This document shows, in pieces, positions 57,646 to 64,000 of a DNA stretch of 64,000 nt. The DNA is from Pseudomonadota bacterium. GTDB taxonomy: Bacteria; Myxococcota_A; Polyangia; Polyangiales; Polyangiaceae. A program made the position numbers and the translations under genes. A model generated the notes under the pieces. That model did no database searches, had not been told where the DNA came from, and saw nothing but the letters and a program-made list of their open reading frames with translations. The stretch is taken from contig JAEYYX010000048.1 in NCBI GenBank assembly GCA_023428245.1, forward strand, positions 23,847 through 87,846. The letters are read 5' to 3'. Numbering within the stretch: position 1 is the first letter of the stretch; each line of letters starts with the position of its first letter.

Positions 57646-57735
57646 CCCCCGGGCCCATCACGCATCCATCACAGTCAGAGTGCCCCGTCCGAGCCTTCGC
57701 CTCAGCTCCCAAGCTGCGGCCTGGGCCGGTGGGCG

Positions 57736-58845
57736 TCAGACGCCCGGATACATGTAGCGAAGCCCCGGAACCTTCTTCACAATCGGCGCAACAGCCGCGC
57801 AGAGGGCATAGATCCCGAGCGTACAGAGAACCGAAAACCCGATCGTCCCGAAGCCAGTCATTTTATGGTAGGTCGGCGAGAGCGCGTCGAGGGCTACGAC
57901 ATGCGCCAAGAAGACGAAATAGGTGTGGCGAGCGATCGGAGCCAATCGCTTGATCCAACTCACCTGGGTCGACAGAAGTGCGGCCATGAGCAGCAGAGCG
58001 CCCGCCGTATGAGCGACCATACGGCTCTCTCCCCCCGTAAAGGGGCGCAGCGCCTCAGCCTTCTCAAAGTAGAACCACTCGACCAAACAAAATCCGAGGA
58101 AGGCGAACAACCCGTAGAAAGAGCGCGGCATGAACTCGGCTTCACGATTCGCCTCGCGCGCCTCACGCACCTTGTGGAAAAGGACGATGGCGGGCGTCGC
58201 GCTGAGCACTAAGGGGATCTCTTCAATCCAGCGGTCGATCCTGTGCAAATGCCACGACAGCTCCCAGGGGCGATCGAGCGCAAAGAAGAAGATCCCGTCG
58301 AAGAGCGAGTACCAAAGGAGCGTGCTTAGGCCGAACAGCGTCGCGAGCGCCGGGATCGACATCTTGAGCAAGTAGCGAGTGACAAAGGACGCAAAGGTCC
58401 CGGAGAAAGCCGCGAACGGCAAGAACCAAAGGTGCCTCGCGGTGCCCGCGAAGGGTCCCCACCAAATCGTCATCTCGTGCCAGCTGCTCCCGACCGAGAG
58501 GCCGTAACGAATGTAGAGTCCACCGTAGAGGAGACTCCAGAGCACGTACGGCAACATGAGTCGCCGAAGGCGCAGCTTAATCACCGTGCTCATCGGCTCG
58601 AGGGGGCGCGCGATGCGACTCCTCACCGAAAAGAAGATGGCGAGCAGGATGTAATAGCTGGTTCCGAAGCGGCCGAGGGCCGCGGCGCCATAACTCTGCC
58701 CTTGGACCTCGGTGACGTGGGTCCAAATGACGCCGAGCGTGGCGAGCAAGCGAGCACTATCGAGCGCTTCATGCCGAATTCGACCGAGGGGCACGTGCCG
58801 AGCCTCCCCCGTATCGACTTTCATCTGCGGGCTGAGCACGAACAC
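57736..58845 (-). CDS. acyltransferase family 3 membrane protein (OafA-like)
   Basis: Polytopic membrane protein. ALDSARLLATLGVIWTHV and HLWFLPF are typical of acyltransferase_3. The start is either GTG at 58845 or ATG at 58824. Confidence 0.75.
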   Translation of the reverse strand: MFVLSPQMKVDTGEARHVPLGRIRHEALDSARLLATLGVIWTHVTEVQGQSYGAAALGRFGTSYYILLAIFFSVRSRIARPLEPMSTVIKLRLRRLMLPYVLWSLLYGGLYIRYGLSVGSSWHEMTIWWGPFAGTARHLWFLPFAAFSGTFASFVTRYLLKMSIPALATLFGLSTLLWYSLFDGIFFFALDRPWELSWHLHRIDRWIEEIPLVLSATPAIVLFHKVREAREANREAEFMPRSFYGLFAFLGFCLVEWFYFEKAEALRPFTGGESRMVAHTAGALLLMAALLSTQVSWIKRLAPIARHTYFVFLAHVVALDALSPTYHKMTGFGTIGFSVLCTLGIYALCAAVAPIVKKVPGLRYMYPGV

Positions 58846-58881
58846 AACGGAGAAGAAATCGGCCTCGGGGCGGAGGACGGA

Positions 58882-59397
58882 TCAGTAGTTGAACTCAAAG
58901 GTGCTCAGGGACTTGACCTTCTTCTTCCACGTCACCCCTTGCACCTGATTCCGGATGCACTGCTCTGCGGCGTCATTTTTCGGTGTGAGCGAGAGGTCCA
59001 TGCCAACGACCCTGCCCTCCCAGATAGCAATGCGCAGCGTGAAGCGTTGATTCCCTTTGAGCTTGCAAGGCGCGTAGAGCTCAGAATTCACAATGGGCTC
59101 TGCGAGGACCTCCTGCTCGATCTCGATTCGATCGGTACCCTGGGCTGCGTCGATCGCTTGCTGAACGGTCATGCCCTCAGAAAACTCGGGGTCCCTCTGC
59201 GCTGGCGCAGGCTCGGGCTGAGGTTCGCGCTCGTCGGTCGCGGCAAATCCCGGACCGAGCCCGGAGCCCGCAGTGGGCTCGGACGGAGTCACAGTCGGAA
59301 CCGGATCCTCGGGAGGCGGAACGTCCTTCGGCGAGCACCCAAATGACAGCGCGCCTAACAGCACCATGGTATCGACGCAGAGCAGAGATTTTCGCAT
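58882..59397 (-). CDS. hypothetical lipoprotein
   Basis: MRKSLLCVDTMVLLGALSFGC is a signal peptide plus lipobox, followed by a Pro-rich linker and a ~100-aa C-terminal domain I cannot assign. Confidence 0.65.
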   Translation of the reverse strand: MRKSLLCVDTMVLLGALSFGCSPKDVPPPEDPVPTVTPSEPTAGSGLGPGFAATDEREPQPEPAPAQRDPEFSEGMTVQQAIDAAQGTDRIEIEQEVLAEPIVNSELYAPCKLKGNQRFTLRIAIWEGRVVGMDLSLTPKNDAAEQCIRNQVQGVTWKKKVKSLSTFEFNY

Positions 59398-59509
59398 TTT
59401 CCCTCGCCCGAGCTCATAACCTCATCGCGCGGGGCCGAGCAAGGCGGAAAAGCCACTCCTGATCCGCGTCTGGCCCCGAAGTTCCGCAAAGCGTCTCCGA
59501 GTCCCCCCT

Positions 59510-60130
59510 ATGCCTCTTCGAAGAATCCCCCTGCTGCTTTCCTTACTCCTGCTCGTCAGCTGTGGGCGCCGGTCCGGCTCCGAGCGTCGCGGGGATGAGG
59601 CGGGACGCCCGCCTGCCCCGGCCGAGGCACCGGCTCCGGCTGGAATCGTCCTGGTAGACGGGAATGACGTGCTGCGCCTGGGAAAGGCAGAGGGCGGGAA
59701 AGGCTTCGTTGTCAACGTGTGGGCGAGCTGGTGCGGCCCCTGCAAACGGGAGTTTCCGATGTTGATCGGCCTCCGCGAGGCCTACAAAAAAGCCGGCATC
59801 GCCATCCTCTTCGTCTCGGTGGACGAGGAAGCGACGAGGGACGCGGCGATCCGTTTCGCGGAAGAACAGGGTCTCTTGGATACCATCCTGGTCGCGAAAC
59901 CTCCCCTCGAGAGCCTGAAAGCGGCCCTGAACCCACGCTGGGCGGGCATGCTCCCGGCAACCTTCCTCTACGACGCCCAAGGCAAGCTCCGTTACTACTT
60001 CGGCGGCCCCGTTTACGAAAACGAGCTGAGCCCGGTCGTGTTCGGTCTCGCCCGCGGCGAACCCATCTCGGGCGAGGCGATCTTCGGCCTAGCCCCGGGT
60101 ATGGACGGGCGCCCACCGGCCGAACATTGA
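59510..60130 (+). CDS. TlpA/ResA-like thioredoxin-fold thiol-disulfide oxidoreductase, lipoprotein
   Basis: LLLLVSCG lipobox and the active site VWASWCGPCKREFP. Confidence 0.85.
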   Translation: MPLRRIPLLLSLLLLVSCGRRSGSERRGDEAGRPPAPAEAPAPAGIVLVDGNDVLRLGKAEGGKGFVVNVWASWCGPCKREFPMLIGLREAYKKAGIAILFVSVDEEATRDAAIRFAEEQGLLDTILVAKPPLESLKAALNPRWAGMLPATFLYDAQGKLRYYFGGPVYENELSPVVFGLARGEPISGEAIFGLAPGMDGRPPAEH

Positions 60131-60175
60131 AGGGAAATTTTGCAGCCGAGGCAAAGCCCGCCTAAGGAAGGAGCC

Positions 60176-60985
60176 ATGCCCCCTTCCGTCTCTGCCCGTT
60201 TGCGTCGCTTCTGCCTGATCCTCGGGCTCGGTGCGGCGACCGTGGCCTGCGGCCCCAAGCAGGTGGGCGACCCCGCCAAGGTGAGCCGCAGCGAGTACGA
60301 CCTCGCGACCGACCTCTGGACGCGGCAGCGTGAGCCACGGCAGGCCCTCGAGCACGCTCTTCGCGCAGCCGAGCTTGACCGAGACAACGCCGACGCGGCG
60401 CACCTGGTCAGCCTGATCTACCTCGACTTCTGCCAGAACAGCCGCATCGGCGAGTGCCGGCTGAGCGACGCAGAGCACTACGCACGACGGGCCATCCGAG
60501 CCCAAGCGGACCTCCTTCCCGCCCAGAACACCCTCGCCGTGATTCTGGTGCACCAGAAGCGCTACGATGAGGCCATCGCGATCCTCAAGCCGATCACGAC
60601 GAATATCCTCTACGGAACCCCTGAAATTGCTTGGGGAAATTTAGGTTGGGCTTACCTCGAGAAGGGGGACCTCACGCGAGCCATTTCGGCCCTGAATCGG
60701 GCCGTGGCTGCCGAACCGCTCTTTTGCGTGGGAAATTATCGCCTCGGTTGCGCCTATCACCGGGCCGGACAGCTCGCCTCGGCGCGCGACTCCTTGGATC
60801 GTGCGCTCGAAACTCCGGCTCCCGGTTGCGCCGCGCTGCAAGACGCCTACTTCGAAAGGGCCCAGGTTCACCTCGAGCTCGGCGAGCGTGAGCAAGCGCG
60901 CGCTGACTACGATCGCTGCATCAGCTTGGACCGCCGCAGTCGGACCGGCGAGCGTTGTTCGACCCTGCTCGGAGCCCTCGACTGA
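60176..60985 (+). CDS. TPR-repeat lipoprotein (PilW/PilF/Tgl-like?)
   Basis: ATG preceded by AAGGAAGGAG. ILGLGAATVAC lipobox. Several TPR-like helical pairs. The family name is a low-confidence guess. Confidence 0.75.
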   Translation: MPPSVSARLRRFCLILGLGAATVACGPKQVGDPAKVSRSEYDLATDLWTRQREPRQALEHALRAAELDRDNADAAHLVSLIYLDFCQNSRIGECRLSDAEHYARRAIRAQADLLPAQNTLAVILVHQKRYDEAIAILKPITTNILYGTPEIAWGNLGWAYLEKGDLTRAISALNRAVAAEPLFCVGNYRLGCAYHRAGQLASARDSLDRALETPAPGCAALQDAYFERAQVHLELGEREQARADYDRCISLDRRSRTGERCSTLLGALD

Positions 60986-61208
60986 TCAGCGCCCCACCGA
61001 GTGCCCAGCGAGGGACCTGCCGGCCCGCCTCGGTGCTCTGGAGGGATCCGCCCGGGGCCTCTTCTGACCCGTCGGGGCCCCCCGCCCGAGACAGTGGAGG
61101 GCCATGGGACGATGTCCTGTTTTGCCCCAGATCCCCTTGGTTTCTCGAGGGTTCCCGGTAGGCTCGCCCGGTCCTCGATCGAGCGGAGGCGGGGACATTC
61201 TCTTCGAA

Positions 61209-61652
61209 ATGGGCACCATGCAGTCAGTCGGACGATTCCTACGCGAGAAGCGCGAGGAAAAGCGAATGAGCGTCGCCGAGGTCGCTCGTGCCACTCGAGT
61301 GCCCATCTCCAGCGTAGAGAGAATTGAAGGCGACCAGTTCGACGAGCTCCCTGCTGAGGTATTTGTTCGAGGGTTCCTGAAGTCGTACGCACGCGCGGTC
61401 GGCGTCGATGAAGATGAGGTGTTGGCTCTTTATACAGCGAGCCGACGGAGCGCATGGGTCACCCCACTCCCGCTTCCCTCAGCCGAGCCTGTCAAACGTC
61501 GCCAGGGAGTCGGCATGGCTGTGGCGTTTGTGCTCCTGCTCATCTTGTTCACCCTCGCGCTCAGCATCGTCCTCAAGCCGCGCCGTGGTGACATGCCGCA
61601 AGAGCTCTCGGAGCTCGAGTCACGGGACGCTCCGACAACCATCCTGAGTTAG
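61209..61652 (+). CDS. rodZ: RodZ-like HTH membrane protein
   Basis: VGRFLREKREEKRMSVAEVARATRVPISSVERIEGDQFDELPAEVFVRGFLKSYARAVG matches the RodZ N-terminal HTH pattern. It is followed by one TM helix (VAFVLLLILFTLALSIVL). It is short compared with RodZ proteins I know. Confidence 0.7.
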   Translation: MGTMQSVGRFLREKREEKRMSVAEVARATRVPISSVERIEGDQFDELPAEVFVRGFLKSYARAVGVDEDEVLALYTASRRSAWVTPLPLPSAEPVKRRQGVGMAVAFVLLLILFTLALSIVLKPRRGDMPQELSELESRDAPTTILS

Positions 61653-61668
61653 TCGAAGAGGAGCCCCT

Positions 61669-62370
61669 GTGGCGGCGCACATCACTCAGGCTCATGCGAT
61701 CCTCATCGGTCGCGTCGACTACGGTGAGGCAGATGTGATTGCGCAGCTGTTCACCGATCGCCTCGGTCGAATCTCGGTCCTCGCACGCGGCGCTCGCCGA
61801 AGTCAGAAGAGATTCGGCGGAGCGCTTGAGCCGTTTCACACGCTCCGCGTCGGCCTGACCGCACCGGCGCGCGGCGAACTCTTTTCGCTCAAGGAGGCGG
61901 CGATCGTGCAGCCTCGCCTCTCGATCACCACGAGCCTCGAGCGCCTGGAAGCAGCCGCAGAAGGCCTCTCGTGGCTCAAGCGCTCGACCCTGCCGACGAA
62001 CCCCGAGCTCTCGCTCTTCAAGCGCGCAGAGACCTTTCTCGACGTTCTCGCCGGCGAGAGTCCCCGCTTCCAGAGCGAGCTCTCCTCCTTTGGGTTCCAT
62101 CTCCTCGACAGCCTCGGCTTCGGACTTAACTTCAGCTCCTGCGTCTCCTGCGACAAGGAGTGCCCCGAGGGCAAAGCCGCCTGGCTCCATCCGGCGCGAG
62201 GAGGCATCATCTGCGTCGAGTGTGGCGGAGGCCCGATCCGTCTGCCCGCCGACCTCCGCACCTGGCTAGCGCGGCGCGAGGAGAGCCCCGAAAGGCCCGT
62301 GAGCGAATCCGACGACGCGCTCCTCCTGCGCATCGTCGAGCGCGCCCTCGAAGCGCACACGGGGGTCTAG
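61669..62370 (+). CDS. recO: DNA repair protein RecO
   Basis: N-terminal OB block ILIGRVDYGEADVIAQLFTDRLGRISVLARGARRSQKRF. C-terminal zinc motif CVSC...CVECG. GTG start. Confidence 0.88.
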   Translation: MAAHITQAHAILIGRVDYGEADVIAQLFTDRLGRISVLARGARRSQKRFGGALEPFHTLRVGLTAPARGELFSLKEAAIVQPRLSITTSLERLEAAAEGLSWLKRSTLPTNPELSLFKRAETFLDVLAGESPRFQSELSSFGFHLLDSLGFGLNFSSCVSCDKECPEGKAAWLHPARGGIICVECGGGPIRLPADLRTWLARREESPERPVSESDDALLLRIVERALEAHTGV

Positions 62371-62391
62371 GGGGATTTTGCGATGCAATTT

Positions 62392-62497
62392 TAGAGCGCA
62401 TCTCAAAAAGTGAGTTGCGCACAAACACGCCGGGAACAGCCCGAGCAGATCTCAGGAAAATACGGCGAAAGCTGTGGCCCTTTCGAGACGTGTTCTA
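62392..62497 (+). repeat. MITE-like structured repeat, copy 3 (106 nt)
   Basis: Same element as at 1231 and 14778. Hairpin at 62396..62420 (one T-T mismatch), core CGAGCAGATCTCAGGAAAATACGGCGAAAGCT, and the invariant GAGACGTGTTCTA at 62485..62497. It is flanked TA..TA. Confidence 0.85.
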
Positions 62498-62533
62498 GTT
62501 CTCACACACCCCGTGATACGAGGCCCCATCCGA

Positions 62534-64000
62534 ATGTCGGCACCGAAGGACCGAGCCAAACTCACCGAGCGCGCAGGGATCGTGGCCCTCGGTACCCTGC
62601 TCAGCCGCATCTTGGGGCTCGGGCGCGATTTGGTCGTCGCCGCCTGTTTCCCGCGGATCGCGACCGACGCGTTCATGGTCGCCTTTCAAATCCCGAACAT
62701 CCTGCGCCAACTGCTCGCGGAAGGAGCAGTGCAGAACGCTGTGCTCCCGGTGCTGTCGGCGACGATCGAGACGGAAGGGGAAGATCGCGGCCGGGCCTAC
62801 TTCAAGAATATCCGCGGGCTCTCGCTCACCATCCTCCTTATCGTGACGGCGCTCGGCATGTGGTTCTCGCCGGAGATCGTCCTCTTGTTCGCGCCGGGTT
62901 TCGCCGATCGCCCAGAGCAGTTCGAGCAGACTGTGACCCTGACACGCTGGGTCTTTCCCTTCATCATCTTCGTCGGGACCACCGCGCTCACAAGCGCCGC
63001 CCTCAACGTTCACCAAAGGTTCACGGCGAGCGGATTCTCCCCGAGCCTGCCCAACGTCGCCTTCATCCTCGCCGCGCTCCTGCTTCCCGCGTGGCTGATT
63101 GAAATCGGTCAGCCACCGATCCTCTCGCTCGCCGTCGGAGCTGTCGTTGGCGGCGCGCTCCAGCTCTTCGCCCAGTGGCCGAGTCTCCGCGCCATCGGGT
63201 ACGCTGGATTCCCGAGCCTCCGATTCTCCGATCCGCGCGTCAGCGAGACGGTCCGTCGCATGGCGCCCACCTTGATCGGCATCGGCGTCTACTATCTCGA
63301 CGTGATCTTGGGTCGGCGCATCCTCTCCGAGCTTGGAGAAGGCGCCGTCACCTACTTCGGATTCGCGCTCCGTCTCTGCGACTTCCCCCAAGGCATCTTC
63401 GTGATGGCCCTCCAGACCGCGACGCTCCCGAGCCTGGCTGCGCTCGCCGCCCGCGGACAGCACGAAGAACTGAGCGAGACCTTCGGCTTCTCCGTGCGTC
63501 TATCGCTCTTCGTCGGGCTCGGAGCGGGAGCTCTTCTCGTCGGCATGGCAGAACCTCTCGTGCGGCTCCTCTTCGAGCGCGGCGAGTTTGGCCAAGTGGC
63601 AACGACCGAAACCGCGCGAGCTCTTGCGGCCCAAGGAGCCGGCGTGATGCTCGTCGCGATCGTGCGCCAGCTCACCTCCGTGTACTTCTCGCTCGGTGAC
63701 ACGCGCACGCCGGTCATCGTCGCGAGCGTCGACCTCGTTGTCTTCGTCGTCTCAGCCATGGTCCTCTCGCGCCAGTTTGGACACGTCGGGGTAAGTGCTG
63801 CCGTCACCTGCGCGAGCTTCGCGCAAATGCTCCTACTCTGGCTCTTGCTCGGGCGCCGCCTCCCCCTCCCGACGCACAGCGTCCTCCGCTCCGGGGCTCG
63901 CATGATACCAGGGGCCGCCTTGACGCTCGGGCTCGGTCTCTTGGTTTCGGCTTTTTTGCGCGAACTGCCCCGGGGTCAGGCGAACCTCGGAGCAGCCGTT
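62534..64000 (+). CDS. murJ: lipid II flippase MurJ (3' end outside window)
   Basis: Not in the ORF track because no stop is reached. My translation from the ATG at 62534 gives MSAPKDRAKLTERAGIVALGTLLSRILGLGRDLVVAACFPRIATDAFMVAFQIPNILRQLL, the typical MurJ N-terminus. The frame is open to the window end. Confidence 0.85.
   Translation, partial: MSAPKDRAKLTERAGIVALGTLLSRILGLGRDLVVAACFPRIATDAFMVAFQIPNILRQLLAEGAVQNAVLPVLSATIETEGEDRGRAYFKNIRGLSLTILLIVTALGMWFSPEIVLLFAPGFADRPEQFEQTVTLTRWVFPFIIFVGTTALTSAALNVHQRFTASGFSPSLPNVAFILAALLLPAWLIEIGQPPILSLAVGAVVGGALQLFAQWPSLRAIGYAGFPSLRFSDPRVSETVRRMAPTLIGIGVYYLDVILGRRILSELGEGAVTYFGFALRLCDFPQGIFVMALQTATLPSLAALAARGQHEELSETFGFSVRLSLFVGLGAGALLVGMAEPLVRLLFERGEFGQVATTETARALAAQGAGVMLVAIVRQLTSVYFSLGDTRTPVIVASVDLVVFVVSAMVLSRQFGHVGVSAAVTCASFAQMLLLWLLLGRRLPLPTHSVLRSGARMIPGAALTLGLGLLVSAFLRELPRGQANLGAAV

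Noticed and set aside
62410-63102. 230-aa plus-strand ORF in the supplied track overlapping the murJ region
   Set aside because: It is in a different frame from the ORF that gives the canonical MurJ N-terminus (ATG at 62534). Its product is Arg/Pro-rich and non-membrane, whereas the locus clearly encodes a polytopic flippase.

Overview
GC-rich, gene-dense chromosomal DNA that reads as core genome of a Myxococcota/deltaproteobacterium-like organism. That placement is an inference from an MglA-family GTPase, a eukaryote-like Ser/Thr kinase, PrkA, MJ0042-type zinc-ribbon proteins, a Lys/Ala-rich H1-like protein and many lipoproteins; no taxon can be assigned from the window alone. I call about 55 protein-coding genes, mostly housekeeping: panB-panC-tmk, ilvE, plsB-mepA, an M3 oligopeptidase, thiL, hflX, typA, nadB, etfBA, uvrA, hom-murI, lon, fmt, recO and murJ. 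There are four tRNA genes (Pro-CGG, two with CAT anticodons, Gly-GCC); three of them have look-alike TTGAC(A/G)-17-nt promoters. Several hairpin terminators are present. Many neighbouring genes overlap by 4 nt (ATGA/GTGA/TTGA), which suggests translationally coupled operons. I found no transposase, integrase, phage gene, CRISPR array or recognisable defence system, so I cannot point to a clear-cut novel multi-gene system. The most unusual thing directly visible in the DNA is a ~106-nt repeat present three times in the same orientation (1231..1375, 14778..14883, 62392..62497). It has TA flanks, ~20-bp imperfect terminal inverted repeats, an internal hairpin and an invariant 3' block. It looks like a MITE or a structured RNA, and I do not recognise it. 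Gene-level oddities worth a second look: (1) an MglA-like GTPase coupled to a soluble histidine kinase and thiL, with no MglB; (2) a lidless Hsp70 with a ~330-aa low-complexity insertion, followed by a J-protein and a zinc-ribbon/GYF membrane protein; (3) UvrA with a ~165-aa Pro/Arg/Ser-rich tail containing 39-nt tandem repeats; (4) a membrane-anchored tandem Tudor-like protein coupled to a CPBP protease and nadB; (5) PrkA without YeaH/SpoVR but co-oriented with a Ser/Thr kinase; (6) a receiver-XRE response regulator in a lower-GC pocket between two tRNAs; (7) an orphan beta-class DNA methyltransferase. The many long ORFs antisense to these genes in the supplied track are treated as GC-driven artefacts.
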